Shown here: positions 19,085 through 26,703 of the stretch, piece after piece
Layout: each line of letters opens with the position of its first letter
How positions within the stretch are numbered: the first letter of the stretch is position 1
IMG/VR virus record: IMGVR_UViG_3300035660_000001
Location: 32,001-96,000 of that record
Source of the DNA: a virus
DNA: 64,000 nt
Strand: one strand, 5' to 3'
Program-made: the position numbers and the translations under genes
The notes under the pieces: model-generated
The model's database searches: none
The model's input: only the letters and a program-made list of their open reading frames with translations
What the model was told of the DNA's origin: nothing

Positions 19085-19459
19085 ATGAGCCAAGAGAATA
19101 AAGCCGTTTTAATCCTTGCCGAGCTTTGCGGAGAACCGATCGCGTCCGCAGGGCCCCGGGTCTTGGGCTACAAAGGCGTGGATCCCGCCGTCCTTCAGAA
19201 GACTGCCCTTCAGATAGCGAACGGGGGCGTTCTGGGTGATTCCCGGAAGCTCTTCGAGTATGTGCTGAAGTTCGTCAAGGATGCGGTCGGCCATTCCGGG
19301 GATGCCAAAGCCACTGCCGAGATCAATGACGTGCTCTTCCAGTACCTGCGGGACAATTCCGACTGCAAAGAGGGCATGGGATTGATCACGAATAAATTGC
19401 AGGAGGTCGTCCGTGAGATCGCAGAGAGCGACGACCCATTCGGTTTAAAGGGGACGTGA
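19085..19459 (+). CDS. Protein with type-2 (LCGE) leader
   Basis: MSQENKAVLILAELCGEPIAS|AG. Confidence 0.65.
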   Translation: MSQENKAVLILAELCGEPIASAGPRVLGYKGVDPAVLQKTALQIANGGVLGDSRKLFEYVLKFVKDAVGHSGDAKATAEINDVLFQYLRDNSDCKEGMGLITNKLQEVVREIAESDDPFGLKGT

Positions 19460-20085
19460 GAGACTTGCTCGAAGCTGTTCGAACCCTATCCAGCGGGATC
19501 TTCCTGGGGCTCTATCTCGATCCCAACCGGGAGAAGGAGTTTCAGGACCTCGAGCCGTCTACGCAGTTTATGATGATGGAGCTCTTCCGAAGGGATCGGG
19601 TCTACGGGGACTACGATCGGAACGTGAAGCCGGACTTCCGGAGCCGCTTGTCGGACTACGGGATCCAATGCGAGGACGTCCTCTGGGTGAGCCCGAAGAT
19701 GAGCTGGAAGGATGAAGAGGGAGACAGCCCGGACTACTACTTCAGGCCCGAGCGCCTCGTTCTCAAGAACGCAGTGGTCAAGGACGTCAGGCTCTTTCTC
19801 AAGGAGGCCGGGGCGAATCCGAACGATCCAGAGGTCCAGAAAGCACTGAACGATCGTCGGTCTCCGGTGAGCATCTCATTCTCGACCCGGGGCTACGCCT
19901 GTGTTCCCCCGACGATCGGCGGGGCCGACCTGACGGAATTCATCCAGGGGGTCGTAGAGGAACTGCTCGGGACCCTGCAGGACGAGTACGGGGATATGAT
20001 TGCCAACAACGACGTGGCCGATATTCTGGTGGACGGGGATACCTGGAAACAATACGCCCGGCAGGTGGGGTTGAAGGCCGCATGA
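19456..20085 (+). CDS. Leader-bearing putative internal protein
   Basis: MRDLLEAVRTLSS|G. Confidence 0.7.
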   Translation: MRDLLEAVRTLSSGIFLGLYLDPNREKEFQDLEPSTQFMMMELFRRDRVYGDYDRNVKPDFRSRLSDYGIQCEDVLWVSPKMSWKDEEGDSPDYYFRPERLVLKNAVVKDVRLFLKEAGANPNDPEVQKALNDRRSPVSISFSTRGYACVPPTIGGADLTEFIQGVVEELLGTLQDEYGDMIANNDVADILVDGDTWKQYARQVGLKAA

Positions 20086-20264
20086 AGGAATTATTGAACG
20101 CCATTACCGATCTCTCGCAGAATCTCAAGCTCGTGAACGTCTCCCCTCCGGGCTGGGGCGGGACCGTCCGGGCGATGAAGAAGCATAAGGACATCGACAA
20201 TCCCTTCGCCCTCGGCTGGTGGATGAAGAACCGGGGCGACAAACCGCACCACAAGGAGGACTGA
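20082..20264 (+). CDS. Leader plus small SPPGW...DNPFALGWWM domain
   Basis: MKELLNAITDLSQNLKLVN|VSPPGW. Confidence 0.65.
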   Translation: MKELLNAITDLSQNLKLVNVSPPGWGGTVRAMKKHKDIDNPFALGWWMKNRGDKPHHKED

Positions 20265-20265
20265 C

Positions 20266-20550
20266 ATGAAAAAGGAAACTCGAGCCGTTCAGCTTCTGTC
20301 AGAACTTTGTGGCGAGGGTCAACCCTTGTCGAGCGTCCGGATGGGCAAGGTCGAGTTCGAAGCCTCGCCGGACAACAAGACCGTCGACATTATTTCCCGA
20401 TTTATCAAGGAACTCACCCAATACGGCTGGGTCATTGTAGATGGGGTCGTGCAGGATGCCGGAACGACGACCCTCGGTCATGATGGCACGAAGCGCGCCG
20501 TGCTGGGGATCACCATCAGCATTGTCAGGCCGAGCGATACCACGATTTAA
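20266..20550 (+). CDS. Protein with type-2 (LCGE) leader
   Basis: MKKETRAVQLLSELCGEGQPLSS|VR. Confidence 0.65.
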   Translation: MKKETRAVQLLSELCGEGQPLSSVRMGKVEFEASPDNKTVDIISRFIKELTQYGWVIVDGVVQDAGTTTLGHDGTKRAVLGITISIVRPSDTTI

Positions 20551-20564
20551 AGGAGGATAGTGAC

Positions 20565-21005
20565 ATGAATAGAGAAACTCGTGCCGTCCAGCTTCTGTCC
20601 TCGATGTGCGGGGAGCCGCTCCTTGACGCCCGGGGGACGTCGGTCTGGGATGTCAAGAACAAGCTCTCCACGAGGGACTTCCTGAAGGCTGGCCGTTACA
20701 TCTCGGGAGGGTTCGGATTTTGGGCCCATTCTGCTCTCGCTACGAACCCCGAGCTGGCCGATGCGTGGATCGAAGCCCTCCGGCAGAAGGGCTACTCCGA
20801 TCTCGAGATCGTTCTCTACGGGGACTTCAAGGACGGAAGGATGATCGGGGACGAGCTGGAACCCGACGACATGACCAAAGAGAAGGCTATCCAGATCATC
20901 AAGAAGCGGTCGATCAGCCCGAAGGAAGTTCGTCGGATCGCAGAGGGCGAGGGAACTTACCAGAACGCTCTCGAGGATCCCGACTTCACGAAGTTCTTCG
21001 TGTAG
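20565..21005 (+). CDS. Protein with type-2 (MCGE) leader
   Basis: MNRETRAVQLLSSMCGEPLLD|AR. Confidence 0.7.
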   Translation: MNRETRAVQLLSSMCGEPLLDARGTSVWDVKNKLSTRDFLKAGRYISGGFGFWAHSALATNPELADAWIEALRQKGYSDLEIVLYGDFKDGRMIGDELEPDDMTKEKAIQIIKKRSISPKEVRRIAEGEGTYQNALEDPDFTKFFV

Positions 21006-21008
21006 ACC

Positions 21009-21440
21009 ATGAGAGCCTTACTCGAATCCATCCGATCCCTTGCCGGGCTCTTCTCGGTAGGACAGGGTTCGGCTGGGAGAGTCAGGACGCCGGACGACCT
21101 CGGGGAGTCCCCGTTCTACGCCCGGCTGAAGGATACGCCACAGCGGGACAAGAAGCTGGCGACCGATCTCATGAAGATCGACGAGGACATCTGGCGGAGC
21201 AAGGGTTGGGATGACGCCTCGGGTCCCTGGGGGAACTGGGATGACTACAAAGAGAATGTCGAGGTTGCCGTCCGGAGGATCGGGATCCGACCGGGCACTC
21301 TCTCGGAGCGGGTGTGGGAGATCCTCGAGAACGAGAACTACCATTCGATCAACGGGGCCCTCGATGACCTCGCGATGTATAAGGTCAAGCACTACACTGA
21401 CGCCCAGATCAAGAAGCTGTTTCGGAGCAAATCCCAATGA
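21009..21440 (+). CDS. Leader-bearing putative internal protein
   Basis: MRALLESIRSLAGLFS|VG. Confidence 0.7.
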   Translation: MRALLESIRSLAGLFSVGQGSAGRVRTPDDLGESPFYARLKDTPQRDKKLATDLMKIDEDIWRSKGWDDASGPWGNWDDYKENVEVAVRRIGIRPGTLSERVWEILENENYHSINGALDDLAMYKVKHYTDAQIKKLFRSKSQ

Positions 21441-21449
21441 GGGGGTGCT

Positions 21450-21725
21450 ATGGACATAACACCGGAGGAAGCAAGGGTCGTTCAGAAGGTCGAGCATTAC
21501 CTTCGGGGTATCGACTATCACAACATCGTGGGGATGCTCTCCGGAGGGATTTCCAACGATCTCAGGTTCGCCGGGGTTGATCAGAAGGTGAGCGCGAAAT
21601 TATCCCATCGGTTGGTAGCACTTATAGACGTGCAGTACCTGGAAGGGACCCGGCAGAAGCTCCATGATCTGTCGAATAACCAGGCCCTGCTTCTGGACCT
21701 CGTTCGGGCCTCAATGACGGCATAG
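21450..21725 (+). CDS. Hypothetical protein (no leader)
   Basis: Fits the operon packing; GAGG RBS. Confidence 0.55.
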   Translation: MDITPEEARVVQKVEHYLRGIDYHNIVGMLSGGISNDLRFAGVDQKVSAKLSHRLVALIDVQYLEGTRQKLHDLSNNQALLLDLVRASMTA

Positions 21726-21733
21726 GAGGACTT

Positions 21734-22051
21734 ATGAAGGAACTTCTCTTGGCGGTAACCTCGATTGATCAGATGGTTGGAGGGGCAAGGTTTCTCGGGT
21801 ATCCCGTGAAGGAGAAGCCGGTCCAGAGTGCCGTGGACGTTAACTCTATCTTGCGGTGGCTCGCCTCTCCCGACTCCGTGAAGATATGGATCGCCTCGGG
21901 GATCGGCTATCATCTCGAGGGCGTGGATGAGCTCCGTGGAAAGTCGAGACGGATCGGGGATCGGGTTGCAGAGAAGATTCCCCGTTCGGACATCCAGGCG
22001 ATTGCCGATGCCGTGAAGGACATACTACCCGATGTGATAGAAAGGGTGTAG
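21734..22051 (+). CDS. Leader-bearing putative internal protein
   Basis: MKELLLAVTSIDQMVGG|AR; PVQS|AV. Confidence 0.65.
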   Translation: MKELLLAVTSIDQMVGGARFLGYPVKEKPVQSAVDVNSILRWLASPDSVKIWIASGIGYHLEGVDELRGKSRRIGDRVAEKIPRSDIQAIADAVKDILPDVIERV

Positions 22052-22054
22052 AGG

Positions 22055-22672
22055 ATGAGATACTGGAAGAAGAATCCGAAATACGGTCAGATCTCCTGCG
22101 GGGGAAACATGTTCAGCTCCGGCTCGGTCATCGAAGGTGACCACTGGGCGATCTACGCCGCTCCCCCGGACGACCGTTTAATAGAGTGCGACGCTGGCGG
22201 TAATCCCTTATCGGCACCACCTCCACTTCCTGTGCTACATGCGCCGGTGTCCGACGCGCCGGTGCCTGGTCCAGCCGAAGGGATAATCTCCTCTGTGGCG
22301 TCGCCTGCCTCTCAGCCAGCGCCTCCGGAACCGGCTCCCGCCATGTCGCCTGCGCCCGAACCTCCGCAGGAAGCTGTTTTAGGAGTCGGGGATGGTCTTC
22401 AGTCGGAGACGACTGAGGCTGTGGAAGTACCTCTCCACACGATCGCCCCGGAGGCGCTCAAGGCTGAGGGCGAAAAGCCGCCCAAGGCGGGTCAACCCGA
22501 GCGGGAGGGGTCTGTGGCCGGATCGGAGGCCAAAGCCCCACCTGAAGCCCCTGGCGAAGCCCAGGGGGGCAAGAAGGAGGCATCCAAGCCCTCCAAACCC
22601 GGGTCGAAGCCCGTCCAGGTAGCATCCAAGACCCCCGGCAAGAAGGGCGGGCGGGGAACGGCGTATGTCTAA
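22055..22672 (+). CDS. Pro/Ala/Glu/Lys-rich low-complexity protein
   Basis: Small N-terminal domain plus long PAPE-rich tail; precedes neck gene. Confidence 0.55.
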   Translation: MRYWKKNPKYGQISCGGNMFSSGSVIEGDHWAIYAAPPDDRLIECDAGGNPLSAPPPLPVLHAPVSDAPVPGPAEGIISSVASPASQPAPPEPAPAMSPAPEPPQEAVLGVGDGLQSETTEAVEVPLHTIAPEALKAEGEKPPKAGQPEREGSVAGSEAKAPPEAPGEAQGGKKEASKPSKPGSKPVQVASKTPGKKGGRGTAYV

Positions 22673-22681
22673 CCTCCGCAT

Positions 22682-23407
22682 GTGCCTGCGGACATGACCG
22701 AAGCCGAACTCAAAGCGGAAGTTTTCACCAACCTCGGGTTCGGGACGAAAGTCCAGGTCGAGCTCGAGGACGATCACTGGGCGGCCGCTTTGCAGAACAG
22801 CCTGCGCTGGTTTAACTCGAGACTGGGGTCGGAGGTCCTGGCTCGGGAGATCCCGGTTACAAGCTGGGAGTATGAAGAGCATGTCCTGCCGAGCGGGACG
22901 ATCGGGGTGAGCGAAGTATACGCCGGGCTGGATTACCTCGGTCAATTCTCGTTTGATATGCCCGGGTTTGTCCTCTGGCAGGTGGGGCACGACTACCGGA
23001 GGTTGGGGCATCGGTTTTCCGCTCTCGTTCTCTACCTTCAGCACTCGGAGACGCTCGGACGGATTGCCGGAGGCTACGGATGGGAGTATGAGCCTGGGAC
23101 CAGGATTCTGCGGACGTGGAAGCTCCCGCAGACGATCAGCTCTCTTTTCTACGATGCCTGGGTCGTAGCCAACAAGATCGAGGATGTTCAGGCCGTGGCG
23201 GATATCGATCTCATCGTTCGGAGGGTGACGGCACGATGTAAGCAGACGCTTGGAAGGATCAGGGGGAAGTATAAGCAGTATCCCGGACCCGGCGGTCCGG
23301 TCGAGATGGACGCCGACAAGCTGTTGGATGAAGCCGCTGAGGAGATCAAAGAGACGGATGAGTATATCCTGAGTAGGGCTTCGCAAATCCCGTTCGTGAC
23401 GGGTTAA
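22682..23407 (+). CDS. Neck/head-tail adaptor (T4 gp13-like)
   Basis: LG...VQVELEDD; A.CKQTLGRIRGKY..YPGPGG.V.MD...L..EA..E; PFVTG C-terminus. Confidence 0.75.
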   Translation: MPADMTEAELKAEVFTNLGFGTKVQVELEDDHWAAALQNSLRWFNSRLGSEVLAREIPVTSWEYEEHVLPSGTIGVSEVYAGLDYLGQFSFDMPGFVLWQVGHDYRRLGHRFSALVLYLQHSETLGRIAGGYGWEYEPGTRILRTWKLPQTISSLFYDAWVVANKIEDVQAVADIDLIVRRVTARCKQTLGRIRGKYKQYPGPGGPVEMDADKLLDEAAEEIKETDEYILSRASQIPFVTG

Positions 23408-23434
23408 CGTTTAACGCTAGAGGAGGAATCTAAA

Positions 23435-23779
23435 ATGACGTTCGCAGTGACGCAGGGTCAGATCAAAGAGCATTACGCCCCGGGCGGCGCGTATCAGGCC
23501 GTCCACACCGCCGAGGAGACGTTGGACTTCAGGCTCGGCGACCTCGTTCCGGCTGTCAAGGAGTACCTGGCGCCGGACGACTTGTCCGCCGTGGCAAACC
23601 TGGCCGCTCTCCTGGTGGCGATCGACGCCACCGTGACGGGCGCTCTCAAGACGTACCTGGACGCCGTCATCGCCGCTCAGATGCCGATCATGTTCTCGGG
23701 GCGGGACGGCTTCGCCGGGACGATGTCCTTCGTGATCGCCATTCTGATCATGTCGGGCTACTACCTCAACATCACCTAA
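23435..23779 (+). CDS. Probable virion structural protein
   Basis: Strong GAGGAGG RBS; codon usage similar to major capsid and sheath genes. Confidence 0.5.
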   Translation: MTFAVTQGQIKEHYAPGGAYQAVHTAEETLDFRLGDLVPAVKEYLAPDDLSAVANLAALLVAIDATVTGALKTYLDAVIAAQMPIMFSGRDGFAGTMSFVIAILIMSGYYLNIT

Positions 23780-23783
23780 ACTG

Positions 23784-24003
23784 TTTCGGGGCGGGGGGTC
23801 TTCTTCATGGTTTCCATTGCTCCGGCTCTCACCTCCCTTCGAGAGCTCCTTGAAACCCCGGCCAAGCTCCCCGCCCCCGCAGTTAGGTTCGTCGACAAGG
23901 CTGATGAGGTAGGGCACAAGCCAGCAGATGAAGATCTGCCGGGAATTGGTTTCGGGGTTAGAGCTCGAAGGGGAGGTGGAAGCGGTGTTGGAGATAGAGG
24001 AGG
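23784..24003 (+). ncRNA. Candidate large structured RNA or 5' leader
   Basis: Long imperfect inverted repeat 23800-23871/23941-24003 covering the downstream RBS; alternative pairing 23788-23796/23869-23877. Confidence 0.4.
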
Positions 24004-24016
24004 TGGGGTCGAGAGC

Positions 24017-24607
24017 ATGAAGGAGTTAATGGCGGACATCCTGGGCGTTCTAGACACGATCAAACAGCGTCCCCATGCCATGAGGGTGACGGACGATGAG
24101 AAGCTCGAGAACCTCGTGACGAGGGATGCCTTCGGGAATCGCCTGCGTGGTCAGGATCAGTATATGGTCCGGCTTATCGGGCGGGGGCTGTGGCTTACCC
24201 CGAAGGGGCCGGGTAACTACACGGAGGATCCCGAGGACGCCTATCTCATGACTGGCTTCGAGGCCGAGCGATACATTCGGGGGAATTCCAACCTGGAAGC
24301 GATCTCCTACGAATCCTACGAGAAGCGGGGCTTGCGGTCGGATCGTCTGGATCCGAGGGATTCAGAAGGAACGCCTTTGAGGGAGGGTGATTACATCATT
24401 CGGAAGGCAGGCTCTTTCGGTCCAAGCAAGAGGACGGGGTTTGGTCTCCGGGCCGACAATGTTTATGCGGTGAAGAGCCTTTACGAAATGTCTGGGATAA
24501 CCTACGTTAATGCGTGGCCCATTACTCCTGGCCGGACGAAGACCGTTAACCCGGCTGTGATGTTCACCAAGATCACCGATGATGAAGTCCGGGCTTTGGA
24601 GAAATAA
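24017..24607 (+). CDS. Leader-bearing protein
   Basis: GAGGAGG then MKELMADILGVLDTIKQR; internal GLRS|DR. Confidence 0.6.
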   Translation: MKELMADILGVLDTIKQRPHAMRVTDDEKLENLVTRDAFGNRLRGQDQYMVRLIGRGLWLTPKGPGNYTEDPEDAYLMTGFEAERYIRGNSNLEAISYESYEKRGLRSDRLDPRDSEGTPLREGDYIIRKAGSFGPSKRTGFGLRADNVYAVKSLYEMSGITYVNAWPITPGRTKTVNPAVMFTKITDDEVRALEK

Positions 24608-25198
24608 GTGGAGCCCGAAGGACTTACCCTCCACGACGTCGGGACGGACAGCAAGGGCTGGTTCGTCGTCCTGCAGGATAAGGAGGGCGGGCTTGCCAAA
24701 TACTGGTTTCCAAGCCAGCGGTATACGAAGGCGTTCCTCGACGACTTCCGGTTCGATAAGAAGAAGGGAGTCGAGACCCTCGAGAAGCGTTCGACTGGCA
24801 CCGAGACGATCGGGGATAATCTCAAGGCCGAGGATTCGTTCAGCGTCCGTTTGATAGAGCCCGACAAGGGCGATCCGTTCTTTGAAGTTCAGCGGGGCGA
24901 CAAGAAGCGATACCGCTACTACGTTCCGAAGAAGGACATGATAGAGATTGCCCGGGAGCTTTCCGACCAGACGTCCACGGAGCAGTTTAATCGTGTTCTC
25001 GGTATGTTGAACGATGTCGCCTATCTCGTGCAGGTGGAGAAGGCCACGGGGACGGGAGACTGGGAGACCGTCCGGCAGGACAAGGAGCAGACTTACGATG
25101 ACCCCGTCCACCTGAAGCCGATCGACAGCCCCTACTTTACGGTAACCGTTTCGCATCATCTCGAGCACATGCTGGGACTGCTTTCTCATGGCCGATAG
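24608..25198 (+). CDS. Hypothetical protein
   Basis: Abuts neighbours on both sides. Confidence 0.6.
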   Translation: MEPEGLTLHDVGTDSKGWFVVLQDKEGGLAKYWFPSQRYTKAFLDDFRFDKKKGVETLEKRSTGTETIGDNLKAEDSFSVRLIEPDKGDPFFEVQRGDKKRYRYYVPKKDMIEIARELSDQTSTEQFNRVLGMLNDVAYLVQVEKATGTGDWETVRQDKEQTYDDPVHLKPIDSPYFTVTVSHHLEHMLGLLSHGR

Positions 25199-25670
25199 AT
25201 TCTTTGAAAATCCCCGTGACCGGAGAATGTTCGACGGCGTCGCACAGGAGGTTCCGGCCCTCAGCGGGTTCCACATCAGTTACTACTCCCTCAATCGTGC
25301 GGCCTCGATTCAGGACCCGCTGTATCAGGAGCCCACGACGGAGTCTGATTTCGTCTTTCTCGGACCTTACGACATCATCGGGAATCTCGAAGTCCCGACC
25401 TGGACGTGGGAGGAGAACGAGGTCGGAGGGATCGGGGAGATCGATGCGCTCGCCCACCTGCCCCGGAAGAGCATTGAGGACAATCACTGGCCTCTCCCGA
25501 AGCGGGGAGATATCCTGTTAGTTTGGAATACGCCACAGCCTTTATTTACGAAGTATGATATCGTGAAGGTCACGCCGACGGAGTTCTACTGGGGGACGGG
25601 TGACCACATGTTCTGGACTTGTGAACTTAAACGGCATGCCGATGCGCCAGGGGAGCAGAAAATACCATGA
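25188..25670 (+). CDS. Head closure/neck protein (T4 gp14-like)
   Basis: YYSL....DPLYQEP...F.GP, PKRGDI motifs; position in neck module. Confidence 0.6.
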   Translation: MADRFFENPRDRRMFDGVAQEVPALSGFHISYYSLNRAASIQDPLYQEPTTESDFVFLGPYDIIGNLEVPTWTWEENEVGGIGEIDALAHLPRKSIEDNHWPLPKRGDILLVWNTPQPLFTKYDIVKVTPTEFYWGTGDHMFWTCELKRHADAPGEQKIP

Positions 25671-26002
25671 GCTTAAAAGTTCTGTTAAATGAAGTGCAGG
25701 CGTTGGAGGCGGCGATCGTCTCCGGAGCGAAGACGCCGCTCAAGCAGTGGAAGCGAGTTCCTTACCGGAGGGTGCCCGTGACGTCTGGCAAGGTAGTATC
25801 CCCGTTCAGCAGGGACGCCCGCAGGGCTACCAAGAGGGTCGTGAAGTCCGATCTGGGCCTCACCATGCGCTCGAAGTCCCGCAAGGACAAAGAGCACAGG
25901 CTTCACCGGAAGGCCGTGGAGGGCGGACACACCCTGGCCGGACAGGTGAAGGGCCTCATGGACATTTTCAACTCGGTTGATCTCAAGGTGAGGGCGACAT
26001 GA
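25667..26002 (+). CDS. Leader-bearing basic protein
   Basis: MSLKVLLNEVQALEAAIVS|GAK; K/R-rich body. Confidence 0.6.
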   Translation: MSLKVLLNEVQALEAAIVSGAKTPLKQWKRVPYRRVPVTSGKVVSPFSRDARRATKRVVKSDLGLTMRSKSRKDKEHRLHRKAVEGGHTLAGQVKGLMDIFNSVDLKVRAT

Positions 26003-26304
26003 ACGATCTGCTTAAGTCTGTCGCATTGACAGAGGAGACCTTGAAGTCCGCCATCTCTCCCGGGGAAGCCGGGCTCAGGAGTGGGGATCCCGAGAAGCAA
26101 CAGGCCGAGATTGCAGAGAACGTCTCGAAGCTCGTCGGGGTCGTCGGGGAGATGAAGAAGCTCGCCAACGATCTCTATAACGAACAGGTGAAGGGGGATG
26201 GGGATACCAGGCGGATCGGGCGGCTCGCAAATAATTTCAAAGACGCCGTCCGGAGAGCCAGCGTTATGATCGTCGCCCTTACCGATATCACCGATCAGTG
26301 GTAG
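25999..26304 (+). CDS. Leader-bearing protein
   Basis: MNDLLKSVALTEETLKS|AI; GLRS|GD. Confidence 0.6.
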   Translation: MNDLLKSVALTEETLKSAISPGEAGLRSGDPEKQQAEIAENVSKLVGVVGEMKKLANDLYNEQVKGDGDTRRIGRLANNFKDAVRRASVMIVALTDITDQW

Positions 26305-26313
26305 GGTCTGTGA

Positions 26314-26700
26314 GTGCCAGGAGAGATCAAGTATCCAGGGTCGGACGTTACCTTCGCTTACCTCAAGAAGCTCAGGAAGGTTCCTCCTCTTCTGGCTCAC
26401 ATGATCAGGGCGATCTTCTTAACGGCGAAGGCCTTGAAAGGGGAGCCCTATCTCGAGCGGCTTCAGGCGGCCCAGAAGATAACGTTTGCTCAGCTTCTGA
26501 AATATGGATACCTTAAAAACTACGGGGGTCGTATCTTGTTGACCTGGAAGGGGATCAAGCGTAATCAATACCACTGGCGGGAAGGCTCTTTCAAGGACTA
26601 CCAGCTTTGGATGATCATCACGGCCGCTGAGAACAGGCTCCGTATGCTTCATAGGGCAAAGGAGCTCGAGCTCATGGGAAGCGTCCCGGGGCTGAGGTAG
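26314..26700 (+). CDS. Hypothetical protein
   Basis: Fits operon packing. Confidence 0.55.
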   Translation: MPGEIKYPGSDVTFAYLKKLRKVPPLLAHMIRAIFLTAKALKGEPYLERLQAAQKITFAQLLKYGYLKNYGGRILLTWKGIKRNQYHWREGSFKDYQLWMIITAAENRLRMLHRAKELELMGSVPGLR

Positions 26701-26703
26701 CCG

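Noticed and set aside
23852-23910. Hammerhead-like GAAA...CUGAUGA cores
   Set aside because: Stems I-III cannot be formed around the core by manual pairing.
12534-26304. Leaders as Sec or lipoprotein signal peptides, or Ser motifs caused by genetic recoding
   Set aside because: The leaders are amphipathic with acidic residues and have no h-region. The Ser residues use several codons (AGC, TCT, TCC, TCG), and the standard code gives intact core genes.
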